A stretch of 41,010 nucleotides of DNA from a virus (Duplodnaviria > Heunggongvirae > Uroviricota > Caudoviricetes), in IMG/VR virus record IMGVR_UViG_2529292921_000022. One strand, 5' to 3'. The first letter of the stretch is position 1. Each line of letters begins with the position of its first letter. Shown one piece after another: positions 10,534-20,937 of the stretch. The notes under the pieces are model-generated. The model did no database searches. It was not told the origin of the DNA and saw only the letters and a program-made list of their open reading frames with translations. A program made the position numbers and the translations under genes.

Positions 10534-11142
10534 TTAATCTCCGAAAAAGATGACTGGTGCTTCCACCAGCGATTTAATACCGTACTCGCGCACAACCTTC
10601 CGGCGCAGACGCACCGTCATATCGTAGCGGCGGACCCATTGCTGATTAATAAGTTCAGGGAAGGGAGTCAGACCTGTGTAATCGCCAAGAGACAGCCCCA
10701 GCGCATTCAGTGCTGCGTTGTTCTGCGGTACAGATATACCGTCACGAAACCGGGACGCATACACCATCCCCGCCGGACCATAAAACGAAGCCATACACTC
10801 AATCGTTTCATGCCGCCAGAGCTGAGAGCCATCATCGGTCTGTCTGATGAATGCCGGACTGTCATCACCTGACCATCCGATAACCCCAAACGCACACCAG
10901 TTCGTTTCAGCCGGTAGCAGTGGCGGCTGCTCTTTCTGCCAGCGCGGACGAACCATCCCGGCAGACAGACCGGAAACGTTACGCATCCACTGGCTTAACA
11001 GCCTGTCGAGCGCTTCGTCATAATCCGGATCGCCACTGGTTGGTATCAGCCATCCGCGCTCTGTGCTGGTGTTATTGCTCAACCGGAATTCCCCCATCAA
11101 ACGGCAGCAACTCACAATGCGCCTGAACGAATCCGGCCCCAT
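10534..11142 (-). CDS. Hypothetical tail/neck protein
   Basis: 202-aa ORF in structural operon. Confidence 0.35.
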   Translation of the reverse strand: MGPDSFRRIVSCCRLMGEFRLSNNTSTERGWLIPTSGDPDYDEALDRLLSQWMRNVSGLSAGMVRPRWQKEQPPLLPAETNWCAFGVIGWSGDDSPAFIRQTDDGSQLWRHETIECMASFYGPAGMVYASRFRDGISVPQNNAALNALGLSLGDYTGLTPFPELINQQWVRRYDMTVRLRRKVVREYGIKSLVEAPVIFFGD

Positions 11143-11461
11143 AAGCTGTATACGGGTCGACGAAGGTCACACGATAATCACGGTCCTGATACGTCACGAT
11201 ATCGGCATCAAGGCCAGTCTGTCCCTGCGTCAGTCGCTCAGTCGTCACAATCAGAATTGCACCGCTGATTACCTGCCCTGCCTGCATACGGCGGTTTTCC
11301 AGAGAGCGATCAACAGTTACGACTCCGGCAAACTGCTTTTTAACTTCACTGTCGCTGCCGATCCCGTCCTCATCCACCGTTTGCACTCGGCGTGTTACCC
11401 ACAAATTGAAGTCGCAAAAATCGGGGTCAAAAAGCACATCTGTTACATCAAGAGTCGGCAT
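11072..11461 (-). CDS. Hypothetical head-tail joining protein
   Basis: 129-aa ORF in structural operon. Confidence 0.35.
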   Translation of the reverse strand: MPTLDVTDVLFDPDFCDFNLWVTRRVQTVDEDGIGSDSEVKKQFAGVVTVDRSLENRRMQAGQVISGAILIVTTERLTQGQTGLDADIVTYQDRDYRVTFVDPYTAYGAGFVQAHCELLPFDGGIPVEQ

Positions 11462-12002
11462 CTTTATCCCTCACAACATGGGTAATAGCTCTGCGATATT
11501 GCCCGGTATCAATTAATGGTTTCGCCAGTTCGGTTCCCGGAGATTCGCCAGCAGCACGCCGGGCAAGTTCCAGTGTTGCCCCCTTGCGCCCCCGACGAGC
11601 CCGGGCTTCAACAGTGCTGTCAGCAAGCGGCGTAAAGCCGGTAATGGTCATGTAACGCCTGACGCCATTAGCGGCCAGCGTTCCGGCACGGTTGAGTGCG
11701 CGTTCTGCTCCCGCAGCATTACCATCAAGTGCAGCCTGCGCCGCGGCTTTGAGCTGCGGCACCGTCTGCTCTTCTGCCGATTTAACGCCGGGGACCAGGT
11801 GAGGTCGTGGCGGGATGTTCTGCTCTGGTGAGCCGTATTCGTTGAGGTAACCGATGCCCGCATTACCAAACGGAACATCATCCCGCCCGCTGTCTTCCGA
11901 AGGGATGCCGACCAGCACATCTTTTTTGGTTAACGACCTGAGCGCATCCAGAATGGCCTTAGCGTTATCCACCCTCGTTGTTACACCGCTTTTGAAACTC
12001 AT
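11448..12002 (-). CDS. Hypothetical head completion / morphogenesis protein
   Basis: 184-aa ORF in structural operon. Confidence 0.35.
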   Translation of the reverse strand: MSFKSGVTTRVDNAKAILDALRSLTKKDVLVGIPSEDSGRDDVPFGNAGIGYLNEYGSPEQNIPPRPHLVPGVKSAEEQTVPQLKAAAQAALDGNAAGAERALNRAGTLAANGVRRYMTITGFTPLADSTVEARARRGRKGATLELARRAAGESPGTELAKPLIDTGQYRRAITHVVRDKDADS

Positions 12003-12406
12003 AGCTGGCGACCGCCTGCACCGAACATCGTGATCAACTGATAAAATTCAGCGCCATATCGGGTGTTATTCCAGAAGCCTGCATCAGGATTCAGCGTCGC
12101 GCTGATGTCATAACTGACACTTACCTTGTCAACGGACTTTGAGGACTGAACACCATTGGTTGAGCCGCCAGGGCCACCAGCCAGCATCGCCCTGCTGTCA
12201 GCCGCCCAGAGCGTCATGTAGTGCGCAACGAACAATCCGGCAAAGTACGGAAACAACTTTTTGCCGGTGACGTTTTCGCTCAGCAGTTCATCTGCCAGAT
12301 TCAGACGAAACTGGATTTGCGCTTCGGGATATTTGGCAGGGTCAGCAAACTGCGGGAAGTCGCGGCGAAAATCACTTACCGCTGGCAGACTTTGATTCTT
12401 TGGCAT
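11999..12406 (-). CDS. Head-tail adaptor-like protein
   Basis: 135-aa ORF following the capsid genes. Confidence 0.35.
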   Translation of the reverse strand: MPKNQSLPAVSDFRRDFPQFADPAKYPEAQIQFRLNLADELLSENVTGKKLFPYFAGLFVAHYMTLWAADSRAMLAGGPGGSTNGVQSSKSVDKVSVSYDISATLNPDAGFWNNTRYGAEFYQLITMFGAGGRQL

Positions 12407-12593
12407 TTTTTACCTCGTTACGCGCGTCTGTGGCTTTGCCAACGGATACTTCCGCGTGCGCACGAGTGAACCAGTGCGTGGCAACGTCTTCCTCCACAGC
12501 ATGACGGCCTTTAACAAACTCGCGCCGTGAACCGTCGGGAAGCGTGAGCACAAACGGGGTATGTACGTGTATTACTGCATTATTTTTTGCCAT
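12372..12593 (-). CDS. Small hypothetical structural-operon protein
   Basis: 73-aa ORF after the major capsid gene. Confidence 0.3.
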   Translation of the reverse strand: MAKNNAVIHVHTPFVLTLPDGSRREFVKGRHAVEEDVATHWFTRAHAEVSVGKATDARNEVKNAKESKSASGK

Positions 12594-12634
12594 CGGGTCA
12601 TCCTTAATGGCCCCGCCAGGGGGCCATATGGCTG

Positions 12635-13576
12635 TTAAATGCCATCAACGTACGAAATGGTTTCTTTGTACACTGGCTCGACTGCACCCAGCTTGCCGTA
12701 GTAAGTGACGATCTGATACAGACCGCGATACTGCACCGGCACGCTCTGAAGCGGAACCAGCGGGTAGCGGACGTATTTTTTATCGTTGGTGTACGCAACC
12801 ATGCGATCCTTATTCCCCACACCACGGCCTTTCAGCCATTTAACCGCGCGGATATTCAGCGGAACACCGTTCTGGTGATAGCTGATGGTGTTGGTCTGAA
12901 GGTACGTCAACAGGGACTGGTTACCCGCAGATGAAACGATGATGCTGGACAACAGAGCAAACTGCTCAGGCGGGATCAGCAAATCACGCGGAACCACAGA
13001 GTAACCGGAAGCGGCCCACGCATCAGACAGCACCTGGTTAATGCTTGCGCGGATTTCGTCCGGTGTTGAGGTTGCCCACGTTTTGGCAGCGTTGTTGACA
13101 GGCACACCGTCCAGGGTAACAAGACCTTTCAGGTTTAATGCGGAATCGCCAACATACACCTGTTCATCGTTATCCATCTGCCATTTCAGTTGCATCCCGT
13201 CATACTTCTGCGTATCGATCGGGCGTCCGACCTGCTGAGCAGCCTGCAATTCTATGACCGTCCAGCCAAGTTCCATCCCCCACAGGTTCAGCGGGTTACC
13301 GGATTTGCCGATATCCACGTTTACGCCAGCAATAGCGGTTGAGTCTTTGCCTACCCAGTTTTTGCCATTCGGATTTGCACCAGTACCCGCAGCGGCGAAG
13401 CTGGTATTCGTCCAGCTGGAAATGTCATCTGCGATGGAGACATCTTCACGCAGTTGGATATCGCGGGTCCAGGTGTACCCCACCAGTGGCAGGTTCAGCG
13501 TCTGGTCGAGTCGCTCCAGCTCCCCGATGAGAAAGGCACCAGAGCTGTCAACGGTTGCCTGATCAAAAGTAATCAT
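12635..13576 (-). CDS. Major capsid protein
   Basis: 313-aa ORF after the scaffold-like and decoration-like genes. Confidence 0.55.
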   Translation of the reverse strand: MITFDQATVDSSGAFLIGELERLDQTLNLPLVGYTWTRDIQLREDVSIADDISSWTNTSFAAAGTGANPNGKNWVGKDSTAIAGVNVDIGKSGNPLNLWGMELGWTVIELQAAQQVGRPIDTQKYDGMQLKWQMDNDEQVYVGDSALNLKGLVTLDGVPVNNAAKTWATSTPDEIRASINQVLSDAWAASGYSVVPRDLLIPPEQFALLSSIIVSSAGNQSLLTYLQTNTISYHQNGVPLNIRAVKWLKGRGVGNKDRMVAYTNDKKYVRYPLVPLQSVPVQYRGLYQIVTYYGKLGAVEPVYKETISYVDGI

Positions 13577-13587
13577 TCGTCTGTTCC

Positions 13588-14094
13588 TTAAATCTTCCAG
13601 GAAATTTCTGCATTGCCGTCAGCATCACCGGCACCTGTGAATTCAGCGTTGGTCAGCACCACGTTTTTGCCACTGACTGACGTGGCCATGAATCCACCCA
13701 GCGGCACTTTGATGGATTCATCAGTGGAGACGACAACGTATACCGGGTCGCCTTTTTTGATGGTGCTGGCATCAAAATCAGAACCGAGATTAACGGTCAC
13801 GTAGCCACGCTTCATGGCGTCGCCCGGGAAGTTCTTGCCACTCCCCACCTGGCGAACCATGTCCGGCTGCGAAGTGGTCGGATAAGGGCGCACGTAGATC
13901 CCCTTCACCTTGTCTGCGGTATCACCATCTGCCAGCGGCACGAAAAAACCGTCATCATCGTATTTACCAGCCAGCCCATAGGCAGCGAAGGCGTTATCGG
14001 ATTTAAGGACCACCGGTTCGACGGTTAAGTCCTGCGGGCGAGAGACAGCCCCGGCAATGCCAACAGGCATCCGGTACAGAAATACATTATTCAT
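13588..14094 (-). CDS. Capsid-associated protein (decoration/cement-like)
   Basis: 168-aa ORF between scaffold-like gene and major capsid gene. Confidence 0.4.
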   Translation of the reverse strand: MNNVFLYRMPVGIAGAVSRPQDLTVEPVVLKSDNAFAAYGLAGKYDDDGFFVPLADGDTADKVKGIYVRPYPTTSQPDMVRQVGSGKNFPGDAMKRGYVTVNLGSDFDASTIKKGDPVYVVVSTDESIKVPLGGFMATSVSGKNVVLTNAEFTGAGDADGNAEISWKI

Positions 14095-14097
14095 TTT

Positions 14098-15318
14098 TTA
14101 CCCTTTACGGTTTGCCCAGAATTCGGCGTTTTGTTTGTTCAGGGAAGCGATACTGGTCATGCCCATGTTTGGGCGCTGTGCATCGCCGGTGGTGGCGCGG
14201 GTGTTTCGCCCTTTGGCAATCTCAGACACGGCATTAAACGCCATGTCGACCGATTGTTTCGGTAATTTGCGGATATCCGCATCGCCGACTATCTGGCGAA
14301 CCAGCGTTTTGTCAGCAGAAGCCAGAACCTCGCGTTTGAACGCGGTCGGTTTCATCTTACGGCTCAGATCGATACCCGGAACGATAACTTCGGCACGCCA
14401 GGCTGAGTCACCAGTAATCGTGGTTTCCTCTTCATCGTCCTCGCCGTCACCGGTCGGATTATCGTCAGGCTTATTGTCGTTATCGCCCGTCGCATTTCCT
14501 TCCAGCTTAGCCAGCAGGGCTTTCAGTAATGTTTTGAGGTCATCATCACTGTCGCCGGTTGGACCTCCGCCCATCTCTGGTGCTTTGTCCGGTAGCGGTT
14601 GCTGCGGGGACAGGTTGATGTTGAGATTAACGCCCTGCGGCAAATCCCCCTCATCTCCTGTAACCGATGCGGGAGCCGACTCCACCAGTTCGTTCATGGT
14701 GTCAGCGTCACCCGTTTTGATGGCCGTGCGCATGCGGGTCCACCAGCTTTTCTTTTGATTTGCCATTGTGTCTCTGTCTCCAATTGCACAACGATTTCCG
14801 GCTCTGCCTTTAGGGACAAGAGCCACATGGTTTCCGGTAATATCGACCTGCTCGGCTTTACCTGGCTCGGTCTGCTCATACTCCGCGTCATAGCCGCACG
14901 ACACTTCGCGCAGGCCATCTTCGATAAGCTGAATGGCGCTTTCGTCTTTGACGATAAGGTCAGCCAGCATCAAATCAGACAGCTCACCCGTCCCGCGCCG
15001 GACATTCTGGAGGTGCCCGACAGCAAGCTCTTTCCAGTTCTCGGGATTTACCAGCCGCACATTCCCGTTTTCATCTTCAGGATGCAGAATCGTGATGCTC
15101 ATCCCTTCGAATGAGGCAAGCGTGGCCGGATGGAATACCTGCTCAGGAGAACGCGTGACGACTATTTCACCGAACTTATCGGGTTTCAGTTTTGGCAGGT
15201 CATCAGCACCATAGAGCTGCTTACCTGTTCGTCCTATCGGCACGTCTTTGCACAGCAACGAGCCGTCAGCCAGCTGATAGCGGGTTTCCCCCAGCCGGGT
15301 ATTGAAAAAATATTTCAT
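14098..15318 (-). CDS. Scaffold/prohead protease-like protein
   Basis: 406-aa ORF with an acidic low-complexity stretch (GDNDNKPDDNPTGDGEDDEEE); position between head morphogenesis and capsid genes. Confidence 0.45.
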   Translation of the reverse strand: MKYFFNTRLGETRYQLADGSLLCKDVPIGRTGKQLYGADDLPKLKPDKFGEIVVTRSPEQVFHPATLASFEGMSITILHPEDENGNVRLVNPENWKELAVGHLQNVRRGTGELSDLMLADLIVKDESAIQLIEDGLREVSCGYDAEYEQTEPGKAEQVDITGNHVALVPKGRAGNRCAIGDRDTMANQKKSWWTRMRTAIKTGDADTMNELVESAPASVTGDEGDLPQGVNLNINLSPQQPLPDKAPEMGGGPTGDSDDDLKTLLKALLAKLEGNATGDNDNKPDDNPTGDGEDDEEETTITGDSAWRAEVIVPGIDLSRKMKPTAFKREVLASADKTLVRQIVGDADIRKLPKQSVDMAFNAVSEIAKGRNTRATTGDAQRPNMGMTSIASLNKQNAEFWANRKG

Positions 15319-15332
15319 GTGTTACCTGCGAT

Positions 15333-16106
15333 TCAGGCGGGATAAGAATGGGAGGTGGGAAAAACGATTTCTTTATAACAGCGACAATTCGGGAGCTCGC
15401 CAGCGTGACCGGTCATGCCATCAAGCGTTGGAGGTTTGCCCCATTCGACAAATTTACCTTCCATTTCCCGATGAGAATGCCTGACGTCACCATCTTCGGC
15501 TGTACGCCAGATATAACCATTCGAACCAATTGACAGCGCACGCGCCTGATCCAGCGCGCCGGTTGCACGTCCAAGTTCAGTACGGGCAATCAGGTCAACT
15601 CTGGACTTTGCTATATCACCCGATGCGGCTATTTCTTTAGCAAAATGTTCTGCTCTCCCGCCGGTCACAACAGCTTCTGTCGCCCGATTCTGGATGTCGT
15701 ACACCCTGTCAGCCGCCTCGAGGGGGAGCGATTTGATGTACTTGACCTGTTCGGCGATGATGGATTGCATCACCTGGCCCACAGGAGCGCTTTCCACAAG
15801 ATTGCGGAGCTCGCGACTGATGTTCTTGCTGTGTTGCCGCCAAACTTTCTCGTTCTGCCGGGTTAGGTCCGCAGTAAAGTTTTCCGCGACCTTTGTCGCC
15901 CAGGGGGTGATGATTTTACTGTAGCGTTCCAGCGCCTCAATAATTTCCGTGATACTGTCATTTGAACCATCGTAGTGACCATTGACGATGTCTCCGACCG
16001 CCCGCGCTATCCTGCGTAGGCTGGTTCGATAGCGGATTTCCGCCTGACGGTTCCTGCGGTTCGTCATCAGGTTCGCCGATGCCGGGCGGCGCTTCATCTT
16101 CGGCAT
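15333..16106 (-). CDS. Head morphogenesis protein (Mu F / SPP1 gp7-like)
   Basis: 257-aa ORF immediately after portal; N-terminal 149 nt overlap the portal ORF, so the true start is uncertain. Confidence 0.45.
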   Translation of the reverse strand: MPKMKRRPASANLMTNRRNRQAEIRYRTSLRRIARAVGDIVNGHYDGSNDSITEIIEALERYSKIITPWATKVAENFTADLTRQNEKVWRQHSKNISRELRNLVESAPVGQVMQSIIAEQVKYIKSLPLEAADRVYDIQNRATEAVVTGGRAEHFAKEIAASGDIAKSRVDLIARTELGRATGALDQARALSIGSNGYIWRTAEDGDVRHSHREMEGKFVEWGKPPTLDGMTGHAGELPNCRCYKEIVFPTSHSYPA

Positions 16107-17424
16107 TCTCGATGTCCTCGTCGGTAATGGATGCCCCGATGCCGGTTACGTCAGAATTTTCGCGCAAATCAGTCATAGCGGCTTTCAGTGTCATCAGACC
16201 ATCACCCAGCGCCGTACTGATTGCGTTGGTGGTGTTTAACGCCACCGTTGAGCGATCGACATCAGACATTTGCCAGAGCGGGTTAAACTCAAACGTGAAA
16301 TCATCCGGGAGCGGCTTGCCAAGTTCCGAACGATGCATGATGTCCAGTATCCGCCGCACCGGAAGACGTAAACGTCTCTCCTGCAACGAACTGATGCGGT
16401 CGTAATAGTTGGCAAGGTCTGCATCACCGGTAGAAAATCCTTTCGGGGACTGTCCGAACAACCGCACCAGTGGGATACCAACAGCGCCACTAATCTGTTC
16501 TGCAAACTGTGATAGGATGTCATCCAGACCACTGAAGCTGTACTGATGCGTTTCAAACTTATCCCGCGAGTCCATGAGCGTCATGCCTTCATTGCTCTGG
16601 AACTGTCGAATCAGGTCGATATTCTTCAGCAACGCTTCATACGCAGGACCACCAAGTGCGATAAGCTCGCGTAGCTTCTCCACGCTGTAGGTACGCAAAT
16701 GCGCTTTGTAGACCAGCTGCGCCGCGCCGACAGTAGCGCTGTCGAACGCGGTAAGACGATCCCAGATACGCTCTACAACCGACATTCCCCATTCGTTCTC
16801 GGTCATCTTCTGCTGAAATGGCAGCGTGACGCCATCAAAGCGAATCAGTCGACTGTGATGAATGCGCCAGGCAGGAATTCCCGTTGCTGTGGTCACCACA
16901 TCGTAAAACTCAGGTTTACCCAGGTCCGGCCCCATATCTTTAATGCGGCGGGTCAGTACCGGGTCAATCATCCAGCGGTCGAGCGGGAGAATCCCCTTAA
17001 ACTTGCCCTTACCGATGGTTTCGGGTCGCAGCGGGGTCATTGGTGCCTGCCCCTCAATCATGATGAAACCCACCGCGCCGCCGTAGAGGCGCGACCATTT
17101 CAGCACGTCATTCAGCGCATCCCAGATTTGCAACTCATCCAGTTGTGATTCGAGAATGCCACGATCTTTTGCATCAATTTCCGAAGTGATGCGAATGCCT
17201 TTGCGGGTCATATCATCCGGGATAGCATCGACTGCTTCGCCGATGATCCAGGATGAACGATAGGACCATTCCACCAGCATGCGGTTACGACTGGTGAAAT
17301 TAGCCCGGTAGGTGGATGCTGAGTGCTGGTTAGGTGTCTGCATCCCTACGCGGGCAATAAAATTCTCATAACCATCAGCTGTGGCCTGCGCAGTTCGCCG
17401 CAGGGCTCGTTTGTTTCGTGCCAT
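15958..17424 (-). CDS. Portal protein
   Basis: 488-aa ORF directly downstream of the large terminase with acidic C-terminus. Confidence 0.65.
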   Translation of the reverse strand: MARNKRALRRTAQATADGYENFIARVGMQTPNQHSASTYRANFTSRNRMLVEWSYRSSWIIGEAVDAIPDDMTRKGIRITSEIDAKDRGILESQLDELQIWDALNDVLKWSRLYGGAVGFIMIEGQAPMTPLRPETIGKGKFKGILPLDRWMIDPVLTRRIKDMGPDLGKPEFYDVVTTATGIPAWRIHHSRLIRFDGVTLPFQQKMTENEWGMSVVERIWDRLTAFDSATVGAAQLVYKAHLRTYSVEKLRELIALGGPAYEALLKNIDLIRQFQSNEGMTLMDSRDKFETHQYSFSGLDDILSQFAEQISGAVGIPLVRLFGQSPKGFSTGDADLANYYDRISSLQERRLRLPVRRILDIMHRSELGKPLPDDFTFEFNPLWQMSDVDRSTVALNTTNAISTALGDGLMTLKAAMTDLRENSDVTGIGASITDEDIENAEDEAPPGIGEPDDEPQEPSGGNPLSNQPTQDSAGGRRHRQWSLRWFK

Positions 17425-19046
17425 CAGGCCTGTCTCCCTAGCAGCTCCCAGATGTTCAGGGCTGAATTCATTGGGGCATAGTTGATCATCACCGAGTCGG
17501 CAAGGTTTGGCGACCGGGTTCCATCAGGCTGTTTATCAATAACGATTTTTCCCACACTATTAATGGAATAGGTCGGCTGCGAAAGCTCGATGATGAGTTT
17601 ATCTTTGAGTGCCATGCTACTGCTGATTGAGATGATTTCGTCCGGGTTGTAAGCCATACCTTCAACCACGGCGCGCCAGGTATTCTGAAAAAGTTTACGT
17701 AACCGCCACCAGCTCTGGGCTTTGGCGTTAGCGAAGAAGTCCTTGTTAAGACGTGCGGCTTGCCCGTTGTCCCCGCGAACAGCTTCATCATCCGGATCAA
17801 ATACCGCGCCACTACCTCGAAACGGTGTGGCGAGTATTGACGGTCGGCGCGCAGCGTTACGCAGTTCGTTGATAGCGCGTGCATCGCCGCGAACGCCAGC
17901 GCCCAGCCCGTCCTCGTCAAAGCGAAACTCTTCGAGGTTGTCCTGTTCGCAAAAGCCGAAAACCTTCTCGACGGACTGATAAATGTCGCTGCCCACACCG
18001 GACCATTCCCGCACATTCTCCAGGAGGAAGCCATGACGGGTGGAAAAGGCATTTTTGTCCCTGCCTTCGTCGGCGACATCCATCGCGCCAAGTCGTTTGC
18101 CTGTTGGCTGGATCCCCAGTTTGATATGCGCATCAACGGCAGCCTGTACCCATTCGGATGGAATCAGGACGCCTTCCGCTGATGCGCTGTAGTTCAGATC
18201 AAGTTCCTGTGCCACCACCACCGGATTATCGATTTTCTCGCATTCCCTGCGATACCACTCTTCATCCTTGCGAGGATCATCCCGCCAGTGGAATGTGAAT
18301 ACCGGTATCTTCCCGCCATGACGCTTCTGAGCGAACGGGTTCGCCATGCCATTAACTGAACTCAGGTCAATACGGCAACGCGTCGTTTGTGACAACGCCG
18401 CATCAATCAGCAGAGGACGCTGAAGGAATGCAGCCTCATCAACCAGATAAAGCGTGGTACGGTCACCACGACCAATATTATCGCCAGCCTCGCCTTTGAT
18501 AACGGCACCAGTTTCAGGAAACTCAACACGCATATATGGCGCGTGCTTCTTCTCGCTCCACGAACCGCGAAACTCTACAGGTAGTGTTTCCACGAACTTG
18601 CGCGCCTTCCAGAACAATGCTTTCGGGTCACCGGTGCTGTCGACGTATTCCTCTTTACGGGAGCCGAAACCGATAACCATTTCTTTGTTGAAGAGACAAA
18701 GCGAGCAGGCCAGTCCGATCGCGGTCCAACTGAGCCCCATTTCACGGGATTTTTCGGTAATACCATTCTCCCGATTGCCCCAGCGTTCCATAATCCAGTG
18801 GATCCACTCCTCCTGCTTAGGGAAGAGTAAAAACGGAATGGTCACCGGCAGGCCATAATCAATATTACGCGGGTCCGTTGTCATGCCCCAGTCGATGATG
18901 AACTGAGCCGGATTGGTTCGGTAAAACTGTTTTAGTGCAGGCAATATTTCAGGATTCTGGCGAATGCGCTGTAAGCGTTCCATCCGCCATTCAAAAACCA
19001 TCTGGTAATCAGGATGTTTAAAATCGAAGGGGAATGGTAACGGCAT
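17424..19046 (-). CDS. Terminase large subunit
   Basis: 540-aa protein with ATPase-like N-terminal region and nuclease-like C-terminal region; follows small subunit. Confidence 0.8.
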   Translation of the reverse strand: MPLPFPFDFKHPDYQMVFEWRMERLQRIRQNPEILPALKQFYRTNPAQFIIDWGMTTDPRNIDYGLPVTIPFLLFPKQEEWIHWIMERWGNRENGITEKSREMGLSWTAIGLACSLCLFNKEMVIGFGSRKEEYVDSTGDPKALFWKARKFVETLPVEFRGSWSEKKHAPYMRVEFPETGAVIKGEAGDNIGRGDRTTLYLVDEAAFLQRPLLIDAALSQTTRCRIDLSSVNGMANPFAQKRHGGKIPVFTFHWRDDPRKDEEWYRRECEKIDNPVVVAQELDLNYSASAEGVLIPSEWVQAAVDAHIKLGIQPTGKRLGAMDVADEGRDKNAFSTRHGFLLENVREWSGVGSDIYQSVEKVFGFCEQDNLEEFRFDEDGLGAGVRGDARAINELRNAARRPSILATPFRGSGAVFDPDDEAVRGDNGQAARLNKDFFANAKAQSWWRLRKLFQNTWRAVVEGMAYNPDEIISISSSMALKDKLIIELSQPTYSINSVGKIVIDKQPDGTRSPNLADSVMINYAPMNSALNIWELLGRQA

Positions 19047-19048
19047 AC

Positions 19049-19600
19049 TTAGCCCATCATTTTTCTATACGCTTCTGCAACCTGCTCCGGCGTTAAGTTG
19101 GTAATTTCTGTTCTGACTGGTCCTCCGTCAGCACCAGTCACTTCATTTTTGACATTGTCTTTAAACGCCTGAACAGAAACATGACGCCCGAGCAACTCAA
19201 GGTTTTTAACCTTATCAGGCCATTTGATTTTCTTCAGAAGTGCGGTGCTATCTGCGGATGCCATCTCCACGACATCCATTCCTGATAACGTTGTGCGCCA
19301 TACCTTAGGCCAGTCTTTAATGGGTTTTAGCTCACCGTTTTGCAGGAGAATGTCAAGCACATCCATCTGGTCGATTTCAATAAGGCGATTAAGTACATAT
19401 TCTGCATTAATACCAACAAGATCATTGCGTTGCGCTTTCAGTTCGGCGATTCTTAACTTGATGTCAGGTTTTGACAGGTTTTCGGATGCGGTACGGTTAG
19501 CTGTCTTAGCGCTGTACCCCGCCCGAATAGCCGCTTGCGTGGCGTTTAAATCGATGAGGTACTCGCGACAGAACATCTCTTGTTTGTCGGTGAGCGCCAT
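19049..19600 (-). CDS. Terminase small subunit
   Basis: 183-aa ORF immediately upstream of TerL; ATG at 19600 with SD 'gaggt'. Confidence 0.6.
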   Translation of the reverse strand: MALTDKQEMFCREYLIDLNATQAAIRAGYSAKTANRTASENLSKPDIKLRIAELKAQRNDLVGINAEYVLNRLIEIDQMDVLDILLQNGELKPIKDWPKVWRTTLSGMDVVEMASADSTALLKKIKWPDKVKNLELLGRHVSVQAFKDNVKNEVTGADGGPVRTEITNLTPEQVAEAYRKMMG

Positions 19601-19616
19601 TTAGTTACCTCGGGGA

Positions 19617-20078
19617 ATGATAATGAATTTATTAGATTTTTGTGTTGAAAAATATGAATCTGGAGAGCGGTCCTTCAGAAATGGAGTAGAACCAAACAAA
19701 GATAAAGTTGCTGAAATGCTGAACTTTGTGTTTACAACTCTTAAGAATGGCATTCAGGATGATGTAAGCAATTATCCCTCCATCAAAGCCCTGTTGAATC
19801 TCGAGTTGACCCCAAATGGCGGATTTAACATGAACTATCTCCCAGATCTTATCGCGCTTGTATTTGACGTTGTAACCGACCGGAATCGTAACCCGGAACT
19901 TTGGTTTCAAAAGATAGGCGGCATTTCTGATGAAATATCATTCACAATCTCTATACTTCTGTACGGTCCTATTGGGCATGTAACCCATTCAGGTAAAGGG
20001 GCCGCATATGGGAAAAATTATGAATCAGTTAGGTCTAATCTCATAGATGATTTGGATGCAAATATTTTCCACGGATAG
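19617..20078 (+). CDS. Hypothetical protein, opposite-strand moron between lysis genes and terS
   Basis: 153-aa ORF on the opposite strand to the late operon, AT-rich, no signal peptide, no recognisable family. Confidence 0.45.
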   Translation: MIMNLLDFCVEKYESGERSFRNGVEPNKDKVAEMLNFVFTTLKNGIQDDVSNYPSIKALLNLELTPNGGFNMNYLPDLIALVFDVVTDRNRNPELWFQKIGGISDEISFTISILLYGPIGHVTHSGKGAAYGKNYESVRSNLIDDLDANIFHG

Positions 20079-20215
20079 GATTTTGAGTTCTGATTTAACG
20101 GAGAGAGCAATCTGGCCTGGGGCACCGATTCGATGGCCTCCCAGTCCGGTTTTGCCATGAATTTTTCCTCTTAGTGACATTATCGAAGCTCCTTATCAAA
20201 GGAGCTTCTGTAATG

Positions 20216-20401
20216 TCAGTCCCGAACAAACGTAACCTTCGTGTTTGTCGCTCGCCTTACAAGGCGCGCCGCTTCGCGTTGCATTTCATCGATAACTTTT
20301 GGCGTCATCGGCTGATGCGCATATTTACGTTCAATCTCTGCAAAAATCCCGTTCATCGTTTCGCTGTCTGGTGGGATAACTTCAACGTTTAATCGTGCCA
20401 T
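20216..20401 (-). CDS. Small hypothetical protein downstream of Rz/Rz1
   Basis: ORF-track start at 20428 is TTG; first ATG at 20401; overlaps the Rz1 3' end, weak SD. Confidence 0.3.
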   Translation of the reverse strand: MARLNVEVIPPDSETMNGIFAEIERKYAHQPMTPKVIDEMQREAARLVRRATNTKVTFVRD

Positions 20402-20660
20402 TAGTTTGTGCTGCCCTGTTTTTCTCAAAAGTCCTGATATCAGCCTTATCCCTGTTGCACTGTGCTAACGCTGACAACAACGCAACATTCAGGTTAAGGC
20501 TGGCTCCCCACGTAAACGGGTCGGGTAAATCTGGCTGGGGTGTTTCATCCGTCAGACTGGCTGGTAACGGAACGACCGGCACCGACACGTATACCGTTCG
20601 CGTATTCGTGCAACCGCTTAACTGCGCCAGAAGGAACGATACGAACAGCGCAATCATCAT
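20382..20660 (-). CDS. Rz1-like o-spanin (outer-membrane lipoprotein)
   Basis: Begins inside Rz in another frame; 'MMIALFVSFLLAQLSGC' lipobox then Pro-rich segment 'PVVPLPASLTDETPQPDLPDP'; extends past the Rz stop; exact start uncertain. Confidence 0.5.
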   Translation of the reverse strand: MMIALFVSFLLAQLSGCTNTRTVYVSVPVVPLPASLTDETPQPDLPDPFTWGASLNLNVALLSALAQCNRDKADIRTFEKNRAAQTNGTIKR

Positions 20661-20937
20661 CCGCAACAGCCACTTTGATATCTTCCTGGGTTCTCTGTGA
20701 CTCCAGTGCGATCTGCTGTTTTGCATGCTGGTTAGCCTCTATAACTGTATTGATGATTTGCAGTGATTGCAGGACGTTACTGGTAATAGCTGTTGCAGAT
20801 TCAGCATTTCGTACAGCCTCATCAGCACGCTCCTTTTCGTGTTGATATTTGCTGTAGTAATGCCCGGCAGACCAGATAAAAGAACCGATGACGGTAACAA
20901 AGAAGGCAACAATAACCAGCTTATATCTCAGCTTCAT
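20545..20937 (-). CDS. Rz-like i-spanin
   Basis: 130 aa, N-terminal transmembrane segment then charged helical region, immediately after endolysin. Confidence 0.6.
   Translation of the reverse strand: MKLRYKLVIVAFFVTVIGSFIWSAGHYYSKYQHEKERADEAVRNAESATAITSNVLQSLQIINTVIEANQHAKQQIALESQRTQEDIKVAVADDDCAVRIVPSGAVKRLHEYANGIRVGAGRSVTSQSDG

Noticed and set aside
17489-18136. 215-aa minus-strand ORF inside the terminase large subunit gene in another frame
   Set aside because: Fully embedded in TerL and Arg/Ser/Trp-rich; an out-of-frame artefact.
19632-19910. 92-aa minus-strand ORF antisense to the 19617..20078 gene
   Set aside because: Odd hydrophobic/aromatic composition and no ribosome-binding site; the plus-strand ORF is longer and more protein-like. 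Retained only as an alternative in the finding.
20101-20160. Roughly 46-codon minus-strand ORF with an 'aagagga' SD antisense to the 3' end of the 19617..20078 gene
   Set aside because: Very short, fully antisense to a better gene, no supporting context.
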